From Eledone cirrhosa (taxonomy: Eukaryota): a stretch of DNA of 64,000 nucleotides. Below, piece by piece: positions 28,421 through 43,784 of the stretch; position 1 is the stretch's first letter, and every line of letters begins with the position of its first letter. The notes under the pieces were generated by a model. The model did no database searches. It saw only the letters and a list, made by a program, of their open reading frames with translations, and was not told the DNA's origin. The DNA is taken from assembly GCA_964016885.1 (NCBI GenBank), contig OZ024740.1, positions 248,744,001 to 248,808,000 of the forward strand, written 5' to 3'. A program made the position numbers and the translations under genes.

Positions 28421-28518
28421 ATGAATAAATTTAGTCCTTGATCAGTGATCTTCCAACCTTCATTGGTATTTCATCGCTTGTTGGAAGATCACTGATGAAG
28501 GACTAAATTTATTCATAT
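28421..28518. repeat. Short fold-back; family relative at 29684-29770
   Basis: ATGAATAAATTTAGTCCTT..TCTTCCAAC / GTTGGAAGATC..AAGGACTAAATTTATTCAT. Confidence 0.85.
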
Positions 28519-28563
28519 CTAACCCATTTGCAACCATGCAGCACGCCATGTTTTCATATTTTT

Positions 28564-28609
<46 letters not shown>

Positions 28610-28924
28610 AATATACAAATATAAATTACCGAGAATCGCATTTTGGCTATTGGAAATTAGCGAAAACCAACTTCCGAAATGTGTGGCAAGCGCTCAATGG
28701 AAACGAGTGAACTAAAGCAATAAACAGACGTTAAAAGGCCAAACACACTAAGACGATGGTTAAACCATTAACCGCATAACCATAGAAGCGAGCAAGCTAT
28801 TCGGGTCAAACAAATAATAAAATATGATTGAAAAATTTATCCGGTCCTACTGGAAACGGTGGTAAAATCCAATATGGGGTTTCTGCAACTCCTAAATCAA
28901 GTACTGTCTGCCTAAACAAATAAT

Positions 28925-29295
28925 TGTTTCTACTATAGGCACAAGGCCAGCAATTACCCAGTACATTACTGGTACTTTATTTTATCGACCCCGTAAGGAT
29001 GAAAGTCAAAGATAACCTCGGCGGGATTTGAACTCAGACTGTAAAGGGACGTAACTATGCTAGAAAGCATGGCGTCCAACCCTCTACCGATACTGCCAAT
29101 TCACCGTAAACAAATAATTGTTTCTACTATTGGCACAAGGCCAGAAATTACCCAGTACATTACTGGTACTTTATTTTATCGACCCCGTAAGGATGAAAGG
29201 CAAAGTTAACCTCGGCGGGATTTGAACTCAGAATAGCAAGGGCCGTAACTCTATGCATCAAAGCATGGCGTCCGACCCTCTACCGATACTGCCAA
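28925..29295 (-). mobile_element. Two tandem tRNA-derived SINEs
   Basis: Two copies of the 15882-type SINE; TAAACAAATAAT duplicated around the first. Confidence 0.9.
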
Positions 29296-29785
29296 AATGC
29301 TAAGCTTTTGGTATGATGATCTAACAAGGAAGTCACTTTTTGAACAGGCATTTTGTTCTATCAAATATATATATATATATATATATATTCCTCGCACTTC
29401 CACTCACTCACTCTCTGTTTCTCCCCTTCTCACTTCCTAAAGTTTGGCCTGTAGTGGGTTCTCTTCTTGCTCACATCTCACTCACGTCGGACGGTCTGTA
29501 TTCCCCCGCTCATGAAATCCACACAGCTTAAGCTGACCGGATCCCCATGCGCTTTTTTTTTCCTATCTTTGCGTTGCTATCCTTCCTTGTTGTTTACTGT
29601 CTCGCTCGCTTTACGCTATTTACTTGTCCCAATAGCTTTATTTAGCTATTGCTCGCACCAACCGGAGGTATATGATTTTTAAAGCGATGGAATACCAATG
29701 AAGGTTGGAAAATCACTGACGAAGGACTATTTTTATCATATGTAACCCATGTGCAACCACGCAGTATTCTTTCTTCTCATGTTTG

Positions 29786-29816
<31 letters not shown>

Positions 29817-29958
29817 AAAGAGTTAAACAAGATTCAATGAGTATATCAAAGAATGAGTTTTACAGTAGATTAGAAGCACTCTACGAGAAATAATTTTCCA
29901 GAGTTATTAATATTAAAATACAAATATTAATAAAATAGATGTTCTTTTGATCAATTAC

Positions 29959-30011
29959 ATTTTATTATACATATTTCGGATGTACAACAGTACGTCCTCA
30001 TCAGACAAAAT
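29959..30011 (-). ncRNA. Type I hammerhead ribozyme
   Basis: ATTTTGT-CTGATGA-GGACGTAC/TGTT/GTACATCC-GAAA-TATGTA-TA-ATAAAAT. Confidence 0.8.
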
Positions 30012-30884
30012 ATAATGATACATGACATACCCTGAGATGTTAAATGGTTAAGATTTAATCAAGGTAGTGATTAACCTAAGATAAAATGCGAAAACGTAAT
30101 AAATTCAATAGAGAATGTGTGAGTAAGAAAAACGTTTCTTAATGTAACAGTTATAGAGATTTTAAAATGTATGATACTACAATTTATGTTTATCTAGGAA
30201 AACATCTCATGAATTATAACAGTCAATGAGAGCCACTGAAATAGGATTTATAGAGAGGGAAAGATAAGGAGGGTAATATATGCAGAAGGAGATTTTTTCC
30301 GAAAGTTAAACGGTTAAGTTTAAAAATATTTAATTTATGCTATTTTAGGGTGAAGAATCAAGATTTTAGGGGGGGGGGGTTAATTGGTGGTTATTTATAT
30401 ATTAGTTTTGTAAATTCTATAAGTGTGTTAACATTTCTAAACTTCTGAATTTTATGAGGAAAACATTTAAAGGATTTAGCTGGCCAGCGGAAAGGAAAGT
30501 TTACACTGTTGAATATTTTCCTAAATGAAAACTTTAACGAAGATAATCATTGTCAACATATTCGGTATGTAAAGCTTACGAAGTACTTATTGTTAGAAAT
30601 ATTTAAATAACGATTATGTATATAGATATATATTAATGAACCAGTATATTTTAGGTAAATGATAACGAAAATAAAAATAAAATAATAGATTGAGGCATGT
30701 TAAAGTTAAATGTATACCTATATATAACCGGGTGTAAATGCATTAATTATTCTTAGTTCAAAATAAATAATAATCAAGAAATTTAGAAGTTAATTAAAAA
30801 TTATGTATAGAAAAATACAGGGAGGTATATATGGATATATATTAGGTATTAGTGATACAGTATACTTTATATATATATATTTAG

Positions 30885-32186
30885 TAATAATTATAAATTT
30901 GAAGACTAAAATCCAAAGAGGGTTCGATATATATCAGATATATAAGAACCGTAGACCACATCTTAAACAAAAAATCTGAGGCAATTTCGGCTTGTAAATT
31001 ACATAAAACGTTCCTGTATTACAGCTCCACATTATACCCTAACGGATAGTACGAACCATACGCGGATATTTTACGTCTTGGTGTGGTAGCTAAGTATATG
31101 TTATGTTTATACCATTACTTATTTGTATAGGTAAGTATATATTACCTGTATGTTTTGTGAAGGTACGTATACTGTCTCGTACGTATATTTGCTTGTATAT
31201 GTTATGGCGTATATATTATATATATTGGTTCATGTGCATTTGGTTATGTGTATACGTGAGTTTTGCGTTTGTGTGAGTATGCGGGTTCGTACGTACGTAG
31301 GGTGTGTATGTGTACTTTGTGTCTTGGTTGACGTAGTCCGCGAACATATGTGTATTTACATGTAGGTATGTGTGCGCGCGCGTTATATACGTATTTATGT
31401 GTGTATATTTAATAATGTATACACGCACGCATACACACACATATATATATATATTTTTTATATATATTTTTATGTGTAATTGGTGTACGTTCGTATGTGT
31501 GAGGGTACAGACGTTGCGTGGGTTCTGTATGTGCGTGCGTGTTTTTTTTTTGTGTTCGTGCTTGTATTTGCATACACATGGCGAGTGTTTTCGCGTAGGC
31601 ATGTGTATGTACGTATATGGATGCGTGTATGTATATATTTAATTTCAATTACTTCTGTATGTTATTTACTTTATTCTTAACTCTGAAGCCGAGAATCATT
31701 CGGTTTCCTAAATAGAATTTTAGTCTATGACTTCAGTTATACCATTTACGTGGTTTTGTCTTTGCGTGCAATTGTTCTCCCGCACCACATATGACGTATT
31801 ATCTTCGTTTTTTCCGTTCATTGCCAGAGAACGTCTCCATGAACCACCTAATAGAACATTAGTCTACGACTTCATTTATATCATAAACGTGGTTTTGTCT
31901 TTGCGTGTAATTGTTTTCACCGTTCCAAATAATTGTTTCTGCTTTTGGCACAAGGCCAGCAATTACCAGTACTTTATTCTATCGTTCCAAATAATGGCGT
32001 ATTATCTTCGTTTTTTGCGTTCTTTGCCAGGGAACGTTTCCACGGACCAAAGTATCGTCTTCCTGTCTTCCTTCGGTTGCAACGATTTTTGAAATATTTA
32101 CTTCTGCGTTCACAGATTGACTTTTTTAGTTTCAGATCCCGTTAAGGGTGAAAGCAGTTATTCTTTGCTTAAACTTTAATCTCTTA

Positions 32187-32190
<4 letters not shown>
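30885..32190 (+). mobile_element. Second copy of the Naiad 3' tail/pLTR, with a short inverted 5' piece
   Basis: 30960-32190 is the inverted homolog of 12775-13985; 30885-30957 is the inverse of 16288-16370. Confidence 0.9.
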
Positions 32191-32228
<38 letters not shown>

Positions 32229-32334
32229 TATGCATATATACATACATATATACACATATGCATATACATATATATATATATGCATATATACATACATATA
32301 TACACACATATATATAGATATACACACACACACA

Positions 32335-34090
32335 TCAATAAAGCCAGGAGAGAGGCCAGGATGTGAATATAACTGGCAAAAAGCAAAGCAGAAAAGTAAA
32401 AGTTTAAACATGTACCTGAGGACCAGAAGCCCGAAATGTTCAAGGTAGCAAGGCAATGTGTCAAGGAGGCAGAGATGTTCTCGGGGAGAAATGCATTTGT
32501 AACGACAATGGCTCACTTGCCCTCACCGACGCCGAAAAGAAAGCTGCTTGGAAATGCCATTACATGAGGCTGATGAACGAGGAAAACAGCCGGCCTCAGG
32601 CGGAGCCAACAGAAGGTCCAACTATACAAGTAGGCTGCAACCTAGTAAGTGAGGCAATTAAGAAGATGAAGACAGGGAAAGCAGCTGGATCATTGAGTAT
32701 AGCTGCTGAGATGTTCAAAGCATCTGGGTCAGTTGGGCACACCCTAACCACCCCTATTGTGAACAAAGTGATACAGAATGATGTCATTCCCAGTGATTGG
32801 AATAGCAGCAGCATCGTCAATTACTACAAGGGTAAAGGAGATACCCTAGAGAGAAGTAACTACAGAGACATAAAGCTGACTGACCAGGTCATGGAAGTTG
32901 CAGAAAGTCATAGCACAACTGATAAAAGATCGTATACACCTAGATGAAATGCAGTTTGGATTTGTGCCAGGTAAAGGCACCACTGATGCCCTCTTCCTTG
33001 TGATTGTGAGACAAATGCAGAGTACCTGGCTAAAAGCAAGCTGCTCTACCTAGCATTCGTAGACCTAGAGAAAGCTTTTGACCAAGTCCCTCGACCCGTA
33101 ATATGGTGGACCCTCAAAAAGCAAGGTGTAGATGAGTTACTCATGAGAGCAGTACAAGCCATGTACAAAAGGGCCACCAGCAAAGTTAAAATCAAAAATG
33201 AATACGAAGTTAAAATCAACAATTCAGTGTGCAGTTGGGGGTTCATCAGGGTTCCGTCCTTAGCCCTCCTCCGCTTCATTATTGCACTGCAAGCAGTAAC
33301 AGAGGAATTTAAGATTGGCTGCTCATGGAAATTACTATCCGCTGAGGACCTTACCCTCAGCCGAGTCTATGACAGAGTTAGAGAAGAAATTTCAGACATG
33401 GAGACACAACTTGAAAACAAAAGGCCTCAAAGTCAACCTGTCCAAGACCAAAATCCTTGTTACCAGTAGAGGAAACAGAGCTCTGTACAGGGATGGTGGG
33501 CAAAGACCCTCAGATAGCATGTCCCTTCAAATGCACAGAAGACCCCATAGAAATAGTTGATAGCTTCTGCTATCTGGGGGACCAAATCAGCTGTGGAGGT
33601 GGCTGTGCAGGAAAGCACAGCCGCAACAGTAAGAACGGGTTGGAAAAAGGTCAGGGAGCTGCTACTGCTGTTAACGACAACGGGTCTCTCACTTAAGATA
33701 AAAAAAAGGCAAGCTGTACGATGCCTGCTGTGCTCAGCAATGCTACATAGTAAGGAAACATGGGCTCTACATACAGAGGACGGAAAGAAGTGAAGCATAT
33801 ATGGTTAGATGGATGTGTTACAGAAGTGTACATGAACGACAAAGTGTTAATGTATTAAGAGAGTAACTAGGTATAAGAGGGATCAAATGCTGTGCGCAAG
33901 AGAGAAGACTGTGGTGGTATGGTCATGTGATGTGCATGAAAGGTGATAGCTGCATGAAGAGGTGCAGGAGGCACAAAGAGAGGAAGACCCAGGAAGACGT
34001 GAGATGAAATGATAAGGGCGGACCTGACTCAACTAGATCTCACAATGGGTATGACACAGGACGGAGTCCTCTGGCACTACAACGTTCAAC
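32335..34090 (+). mobile_element. Degenerate RTE-clade LINE
   Basis: YKGKGD..ERSNYR, QFGFVPGKGTTDA, FVDLEKAFD, FCYLGD, RLWWYGHV. Confidence 0.9.
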
Positions 34091-34199
34091 AAGAGGCCCG
34101 TTCCAACAACTCAGCGTTGGACTTGGATCAAAATGGCACCGCCCAGCCCAACACCGCAAAAAAGGTCGATGGCGACCACGAGTTTCATTGCGGTCATCC

Positions 34200-35090
34200 A
34201 GTGCGGGGTTGACCTTCCTCTTGGCAGTGCTATCCGATACTAGGCCACGAAACTATGACTATGCTGTGAGTTAGGTTAGGCTCTTTGTATTGGCCTCTTC
34301 ACATAGTGGTGCCATCCAACAACAGGCTCCCCCAAAATGTGGTTTCGTACTGAGAAGGGTTCGTCACATAGAGAGTACCCAGCCCCAAAACTGGGGTACC
34401 GCTGGGGGAGTGGTTTCGTACTGAGAAGGGTCTGTCACATGCAGAGTACCAGGCCCCGAAACTGGGGTACTGCTGTGGGAGGGGTTCGGCGCAGCCAAAT
34501 TGGCCTGTCCTTTGCCATAGTGGTGTCAGCCAATGCCAGGCTCAAAAAACTGTCTTCTTGCTGTAAGCTAGGCACTCATACTGCCGCTCCATACCTATAC
34601 TCTCTCATAGTGGCATCATCCAGTATTGGGCTTCTAAACTATGGTTATGGTGTGAGATGGGTTCAGCACAGCCAGCTGCTGACCTTCTTCACAGCAGTGC
34701 CATCCACTACTGAGCCACGTAACTGTGAGATGGGTTAGGCTCCTTGTATCAGTGCCATCCAGTACTGGGTTCCAAATAGCCTCTTCGCATAGTGGTGCCA
34801 TCCAACGCCATGCTCTCCCAAAAGGTGGTTTCGAACTGAGAAGGGTTCATCTCATGGAGAGTACCTGGCCTTGAAACTGGGGTTCGGCATGGCCAAATTA
34901 GTGTCATCCAGTGCCTGGCTTCAAAAACTGTGTTCCTGCTGTGAGCCAGGCTCCCAACCTGTGGTTCCACACCTATCCCCCCTCATAGCAGCAGCATCCA
35001 GTATCGGGCTCCTAAATTATGGTTACATGAGATGGGTTCTGCACAGCCAACTGACCTTCCCTCCTCATGATGGAGCCATCCAGTGCCACA
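34200..35090. repeat. Degenerate tandem repeat array
   Basis: Recurring CATAGTGGTGCCATCCAG and GGTTTCGTACTGAGAAGGGT blocks. Confidence 0.65.
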
Positions 35091-36182
35091 CTGTAAATGT
35101 GGTTGACGTTAGAAAAGGCAACCAGCTGTAAAATATCCAGCCAAATTTAGTCCTCACCGGGGTCAGGTACATGGCCAAACTTGCCTCCCAGCATGGACGA
35201 CCCATCTAACTCATGCAAGCATGGAAGAATTGATACTAAACAGAAATGATGTTATAAAGTGTGACAAGGTTGGCTTTTTGAATTAAAGGTATAACTCATT
35301 TATATATACATATGTATATATATATATATATAGATAGATATATGATGGCTGCAACTCTATTTTGAATTATGCCATTGCTTGATACTTAAGCATGAGCATC
35401 ACTGACATGGCTTTTTAGTCCTGCTAGTGACTTGCCTAAATCAACAATAACATGCATTGCAAAAAATGTCACATATCAAGCGATGCCTGTACTTGAAGTA
35501 TTTTTAAGTGAGGAAATGCTTTGCACGGCCAATCCCACTCTCTGAACATCAAATGCATTTGCCCAAAAAGAATTGGTCTACATCATTGGATGCAAATGAA
35601 GTCGCAGGTTTTATATCGGAGTGACCTTCTCCTCAAGAGATGTCTTAATGAACACCAGGAGTCTCGTGCTCAACAAAATCCTCCTCCTCACCAAACTTGG
35701 TGGGGTTGCCGGTTTAGTCACCAACAACCCAGCCATGCACAGGTTGACATAAGGTGGGACATAAGATATATAGAGAGAGAGAGATGCATATACACAAAGC
35801 AATTAGGTTTGACTTTTCTACCATGTAGGCTCCCATCATTAGCTCATATATACGAGACCGTAGTGTTCCTTCAGTGAGATATGGCTGACATTTCTACCAT
35901 TTCAAAATAACCTGTTGCAGGAGCAAATACAAGCTTATTGAAATATTTTCATGAATGCAGTAAAAGGAACTTATTAATTTGGAAAATAAAATATTTTTTA
36001 AAATAGGATATGTGCAAAATACTGTAATTGATAAAAAGTATCCCAGTTCAAAATTAGGGACTACATATATATGCAGTGTGAAACCGTGTGGCTTAGTGAT
36101 TAGAAGTTTGATTTTTGGCAGTGCAAGACACTATTTCACGTTGCTCCAGTCCATTCAGCTGGCAAAAACGAGTTGTACTTGT

Positions 36183-36227
<45 letters not shown>

Positions 36228-39200
36228 ACCTTGTCACAGTCATGATGAATACTACGTTAAGGATACGGACTGAGTACTACATTAAGGATACGGATTTGTG
36301 GAATGCTGTTCCATTGATAGTATCAACTGGAATGTCCATCACTGTAACTGACAGAGTACCATTTTTTCTTTTTATATGCAATTACTAATTTAGACAAGGC
36401 CAGCCGTTTGTAGGGAGGGGAGTCGATTATATTAACCCTAATACTTGACTGGTACTTTGATTTTATCAACATCGAGAATATGAAAGGCAAAATTGACCTC
36501 AGAACAAAGAACTAGAGTAAAGGCTGCAAAGTATTTTGTCTGATGTTCTAACAATTCTGCTAGTGATTTGAAAAAGAAATAATTTTAAGACGTATAATAT
36601 ACTCTGGTTGCTATTTAAACACAGGTTAGCTGTGACTGAACAAACCCTTCATAAAAGGCATTCCAGTCGCAACCATCTTGTCTTTTTGTAAATCAGGAAC
36701 TACATTGTTCAGTGTTGAGTAGGGTGTGCAAGTTGGGAGAAATAAAGTTGCTATTTCTAGCAGTTCAAGTAACAGTGGCATCTGTTTATGCAAATTGCTG
36801 TGTGTGCATTAGTAAATGTATGTATATCAGAGTTACAGCAAGTCTATATATTGATGTGGACTCATCATTAGGTCCCAAGTTCAATCCTACTGCATGGCAT
36901 CTTATGCAAGTGTCATTTACCATAGGCTTGAGTTGACTTATGCTTTGCAAATGAAATTGAGTAGAAATAAACTGTTTGAAAGACAGTTGGATGGACTGCA
37001 CTGTAATTTGAAGGAGCAGCTTTGTTACACTGAATCTCCCTAAGTGTACATGTGACCGTGGAATGCTCAACCACATACATGTAAATTTCATCAGTAAGTT
37101 GTTTCCTTGATTGAACTACTGAAACAGAAGTCCATTCTATATTTAGGTTACTGAGACATGGCTGCTATTTCTATATTGTCAAATTACTATATAGAAACTC
37201 AGCTATTAGCTGATACATGATACACACACAAAAACAAAATGTGATTTCTGCGAAAGTTGGCTGCTAAGTCTATCAGGTGTAAGTGGTCTGCTGCTGAAGT
37301 AAATACATACAATACTTGCAATTGTTGAGATGTTATTCTAACATTTGAAGTAAATGGTAGAAAGAAATTTGATTGGTTACCCAGTTTACTTCTTTGTACA
37401 TGTACTGTATAACTGGAAGGAATTCCTGACAACAGGATTAAGACAGATATAGGCGAAGGGCTCTTAACTCATGGTGTCATAGAGGTACCATCTGACACAC
37501 ACCATGCTTAGGAAATTTTAAACCTAGCAAAGCCTCTTCCTCTCCAGGTTGGAACATAGTTGGTTTCTTCCAGAGCAAGAATCAACCCCAGTACTGGGCT
37601 AGTACTTTATTTAGACCTCAAAATGGTAAAATGCAATGTTGATCATGGACGTATTTGAACTTAGAATGCTTTAATGACGGCCAATTTCTTGCTCTCTCTC
37701 TGTCTGCGTGTGTGTGCGTGCATGTGCATTAGTGAGACGTGGGTGTTTTAATATTATCCAATTATTATATAGAAACTCTATTAGCTGATACACAAAGACT
37801 GTGATTTCTGTGAGAGTTGGCTGCTGATTCTATGTGCTTGTATATATATATCTAGTCAGTAGGCACCTCTTAACCAAATCACACTACCCCTACTCCACCC
37901 TCCCACCAACACCACCCTTTCTCTGTAAAGTTATGTTGGTACCACAACATCCAGTCCAAAATAAATGGTCGTGTAGGTGTTACGACAAAAAAAAGTCCAT
38001 GCTGTAATGTGGCCGTGTAGGTAACACGGTAAAAAGTTCCCAGTCCACACTGTAAATGTGGTTGGTGTTAGGAAGGACATCCAGCCGTAGTAAACCTGAC
38101 AGACAGTACTATACGAGCAAGACATGGTCACCCAACCAATCTTGCCCCAAGTGGGACAATTCCTGTCTAAACCCATGCTAGCATGGAAGAGACGTTAAAC
38201 GATGATGATGATGATGATGATGTAGATAACCATATCTATTTTATTTGTTTGGTCAAGAGGAAAGAGCTATGCCATCGTCTTTGCCAATGTGTCACTCAAA
38301 CAAGTTAAGAGGTGTATTCTGGACAGGCTTAGTGTATGGTTTGGGTTATTTTTAAAGTGACGTGGACCTAACCCAAAACCAAGTGGCTGTAAACTTCTTA
38401 ATCAGTCATGTGTGATAAATGATAAAAAATATGTTGATACTAAAACACCACAATGTAAAGAAACAAGAATTTAAAAAAAGTCTATGAAACATTCCAAAAA
38501 GTTTATTATTCACATGAAAAGAGTTCCACCAGAGCTGTCCCACCCCATACTTATAGTGTACCTTTGTTGCCCATCTTTTTCACCTACCAGCCTTTAGAAT
38601 TCTCTCCTGATTAACTATAAGCTAGAAAATAAGGCAAAGTGTATGGTTTGTATAAGAGGAAAAAAGACTCACACAGTAATTTAATCATTGGATCCATTCA
38701 CCTTAACATACAAAACAGAACAGCTATTCACACAAACAGTAAACTACAAAAAAACGGCCATTACAACTTTAATGGGAATTTTTTTTTTATTTGTAAGCAT
38801 AAATCGAGTACCATGCCCCAAGGAGGTACTCAATACCTTTATAGAGGAATCTGAACTGGTGACTTAAGCATGGCCATTGAATTTGTTTAAAAATTCCTCA
38901 TACAGGTACAAAGCCCTAGATTTAGAGGTAAGGTGATTGGACATATGTATTGTTCATGCTTGTCCTAAAAGTAGTGCTATTTGGGGTGCCAAACCAGGTC
39001 AAAGAAACAGATTTACCAATAACTTACCATCACTATCACCACAGTATAAAGAAATAGGGACGAGAAGTGGTGACATGCCTTAGAGAATTACCCTCAGATA
39101 TTAATTATACAAGCAGTGAATTGGCAGAACTGTTATAGCATCAGGTGAAATTCCCTACCCTCAAGTCATGGAGGCTCTTGAAAAGGGTTATAGGCACCAT

Positions 39201-40017
39201 CCTTCTGCCCAAGTGATAAAAAAAAAAAATATTTCCACATAAGGCTAATTTTATAAAGTTTTAGTTACTTCTAGTATCTTACAGCAATATATACATAATA
39301 CAGGTTTCTTATGAAGGCACAAAGCCAAGTAAATGATAAATTGTGGTGTTCATACCTTTCTAAACTCTTACTATCCAATACTATATTAAGACATTCTTGA
39401 AAAAAATATACAAAACAGCACTATGACAGCATCACATTAAAACTTTATAAGTCTTTGCCCCAATATGGCAAATTTTCACAATAATGTCCTTCAATAAACA
39501 TCTGAATTAACTTGTTTTAGAATTTTTAATAAATCATTAAAGGATATTTTCAATTTTAGGATTTAAAAATGTCAAAGTCAAGTTAACCAACCACCACAGG
39601 GATATCAAAATATCAGCAAACTTGGCTAGTGTTAAAGCCAAAGCCATATATTTTGAGATAGACAACAAGAATAATCAATTAGATCAACCATGGAAGAATG
39701 AAAGGCAAAGTTGAACGAGCAAGATGATAATTCAGAATGTAAAGCAGCATCACAAGGCATTTTTGTCTGATCTACTGTTTCTGCCAAACCACTGCTCTGA
39801 TAATTGAGGGGAGGAGTAATAGCTAATTAAACTGACTTTACTGACACCAGAAGGATGATAGACAAAGCTAACCAAAGCAGAGTTTAGATGCAGAATGCAG
39901 AGGGGCATAACTAAATATTTTGAAGCATTTAGTCTATCCATCTACCAATTCTATCAGCATTTTTCAACTGTAAGATATCTATTTTGTAAATTAATGTTTA
40001 CTTTACATTATTGCGCA

Positions 40018-40054
<37 letters not shown>

Positions 40055-40457
40055 AAAGAAATTAATACATATAATGTTGTAACTGAGCAGACCCTGGACA
40101 TATTTTTAAATCCCCATTACTGGTAAACAGCAGCACTATTTTATCTTATGTCTGCATGCATAATTTCTTTTATATATATATATTATTTATTTATGTTCAT
40201 ACACAGAACAAAGGCGCTGCCCAAGGTTTCAAGGCTCAAATTTGAACATAATTCCAGAAAATGAGGACCTGAAGAAGGTCACTATTTTGATGCCTCTTGT
40301 TTTCTGGGGATTTGGTCAAATTTTGGCTAGTGCATTTGTTCAGTGTATGAACATAAATAATATTTCTGCCCTCTTCCCGATTGAGCACCGTTTTCCTTTT
40401 TCCTTTTCACACCTTCGGATATTGCTACATGCACATATACATTATATATATATGCAT

Positions 40458-40509
<52 letters not shown>

Positions 40510-40645
40510 CGGAAAACGCAGTTACAGAACACAAACTGAAAAATGCATTGTTACCTCATCAGCCACATTGCTGGCAGTGCAGTACTATACTTGTGATGCC
40601 AGTTTGTGAAACAGATCAAAGCCTGCTTTGTGATGGTGAGATGAT

Positions 40646-40681
<36 letters not shown>

Positions 40682-42772
40682 TTGTATTTTGTACAGAGCA
40701 CTCTAATTTTCATTCAGACTAAAACAATACATATATACATTATTTATATATATATATATATATAAAATCAGAGGTAGTTACTAACACGAAGCAGTGAAAG
40801 ATGGATATAGTGTTGAAAGAGAGAATGTTGTCTCATTTCACCAGACACCAGTTACTTGTATCAATCAAGAAAGTGAAACAACAGGGAGAATACGAAAGAA
40901 GTGTGAGTGTGTGTGTATGGGGGGGGGGGGGGGAGCATTATATCACCATTTGAACCTAAATATAGAAAGATAATAATATAGATATAATGTTTAGTGAGTA
41001 GAAAATTCAAACTAAGGCCGACATGATATGCAATTACATATTAGCGTTATTGAACACAAAAATGGACCTCCATTGATTTCAAGTGTGTTCCAATTGTTTG
41101 TGGCAACAGAATAGCCTACATTAAATTAACATGTAAGTGGCTGAATATTCCAGACATGTGCATCCTTAATGTAACTCTCAGGGAGATTCAGCATAACACA
41201 AGGCAGAGCCATTGAATTACAAGTACAGCCCATCTGACAGCCTTCGAAACAGTTTTCTGCCTACCCAATTTTACTCACATGGCTTGGATTAACCCGAGGG
41301 TGGAAGATACTTGCTGAAGATGACACAGTGGGACCAAACTTTGAAACTCAGGAGTGTGAAGCAAATTTCTTAACCATTTGGCCATGTTGTGACCTTATCT
41401 TTATATAGAACACACACAGTTAGTACACATGTTTGTGACAGGACTGATAATCTCACAAAGGTTAGAGATTATGTATACCTACATAGGGATACACAAGAAT
41501 ATCTATGAATTATGGACAGTTTCAAACCAGTCTGACTTTATATCTGTCTTCACCATGGGATAACACTGACTGAACAACTTGACGTCTTTAGAAATAATTT
41601 ATAATACAGGCACAAAGCCAGCAATTTTGAAGTAAGAGTCTAGTTGATTAAATCAACTCCAGTACTTCACTCGTACTTTATTTTATCAACCCCAGTCTTA
41701 TTTTATCAACTGTAATAAGATTTAAATGCAGAAAATGCAAAAAGCGAGAACAAATATTGCAAGTGATTTTTTTTTATGAGCTAAGAATTCTGTCAATCCA
41801 GTGTTCTGTTCTTATAGCCTGGGTAATAATTCTTTCTAACATTGGTGCAATGCCAGCAATTTTGGGGAAAGGGAAAGTTGATTATATCGACTCCGGAAAG
41901 ATGAAAAGCAAAGTTTACTTTGGTAAGATTTGAACTCAAGCACAGTCAGACAGAAAGAATACTGAAAAGCATTCTACCTATTGCTCCAGCAACTGCCAAT
42001 TCAGCGCCCATTAGCCTGGATAATAATAACTATATCTAGTGCATAATGTGGTTATATATTCTGAGGATCAAGAATATGATTTAACTCTTTTATTACTATA
42101 ACCTTATATATACTAAAAACAATTAAGAAGAGCATTACATTTTCAGGCTCATATATCACTTATGTAGAGTTTTTATCAATATTATCAAGTCTATTACATC
42201 AACCTAACAGAGCTATAAGGATTTAGAAGTACGGCAAATAGGAGGATAGTATTATCTTATTTTGATTTTTTTTAAAACAAATAACAAAGAGAAAAAGAAA
42301 GAGGGTATTAAAATTATCACCAACATCATCATCATACACCAGACTTAATAAAGCAGGAACACTTCTGTAATGAGGCTATGTGAAGATGGTACTTTACTAA
42401 GAAGTTTAAGAAATGAAAGATAGTCATAATTATAGCACGTTACTTCTACTAATTAAAAGACTACAGAAGTAACATATACCGTTAAAGGTGTGTGTGTATA
42501 TTTATATAATGTATGTGTGCACATATATGTATGTGTAATGGAAAGAGCATGAGTTAGGGAAGAGAAGATGATGAAAAACAGAAATCTAAAAGGGGAGACA
42601 CTAAAAATTTAGAAAAAAAAGGCCAATAGTAGATAGAAAGAAACTAAATGTTTGGAATAAAAGGTAAAGAGACATGGAGAGAGACACGTGTATGTATATT
42701 GTATCTAACTGTTGGTGTGAGTGAATGAATGGACAGCTTCTCTGGGTACTGTGTATTGACGCCAACTCAGTA

Positions 42773-42779
42773 TCAGCTC
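42773..42779 (-). CDS. ZRANB2: Possible ZRANB2 terminal coding exon (AG|G AGC TGA)
   Basis: TTGTCATTTCAG acceptor; phase fits the preceding exon; otherwise readthrough to TAA at 44103-44105. Confidence 0.35.
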
Positions 42780-43734
42780 CTGAAATGACAACAAGGAAGC
42801 AAAATTTTCATGAATAAAGTAAATAGTCTTTAACTTGGCTACAGGCTTTTATAAAATACAATTTTCACATTCTACAACCAGTGGCAGATCTATGAAACTA
42901 ATGAAACTTAAGATTCAGAGTTCCTAGTCCCAGAAGTAGTTCAAGCTTCAAGGCTCGAACATTACAACTTTCCATTTTCTACTTCCTTTAACCTCTAAGA
43001 TATTACAAAAGAAATATATTTTGCAATCTAACAAGTATCTCGTTAGTTGCAACATTAGTATTATTAATATTATTCTTCCTAATTGGGAACTAAGGCTTCG
43101 GCAACATTCATACCACCTTTAGCAGTTCTCTTTGCCTTGCCATATGTAAAATACATTGCTCTTAGCTTATCTTCAACTGTTCTACACCAAGTGTTATTTG
43201 GCTGCCAAGGCTTTGGCTTACAAGGTTATGATCATCTTAATGTTACCTTTAGTAGTGTCCTAGTCCATTCTGAGTGCATGGCCTTACATCAGTACTACTG
43301 GCATTTTATGTCAAGGACTAACTATTGTAACTAATTTTGTAGTGTAGCTCCCTATTTAACACATTGAGATACAATAGATTTAGAAAAAATGCTAACTTTA
43401 CAATGGATAGAGATTATTGGTAAAAGAGGATTAGTCAGTATTGAGTTCACAATATCTCTTATGTTATGGATAACTTCCAATATAGCTATAATTATAATCC
43501 AGAACATCTACAGTTGCAATGAAGCAACTGGCTATAAGTTACCCAAGCAAATTAAATTTAAGTTCAAATACATTGTGCTGCTATGTTCAAGATATCCACT
43601 TGTAAGTGTTTGCCTAATTGGTTGAGCATTCAAACAGCTCAAACTTCTATTTGAATGTACTCATCACAATAAATAAATAAATAAATATTTAAAATAAAAA
43701 ATACATGGATCAGAATTTCCAGTGTGCATGTATG

Positions 43735-43784
<50 letters not shown>

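Noticed and set aside
28490-28520. CTGATGA (and CTGACGA at ~29716) as hammerheads
   Set aside because: No stem II/GAAA partner found downstream
36187-36223. Poly(A) tail of a processed pseudogene
   Set aside because: Lies within a decayed CORE-type SINE; no upstream coding similarity
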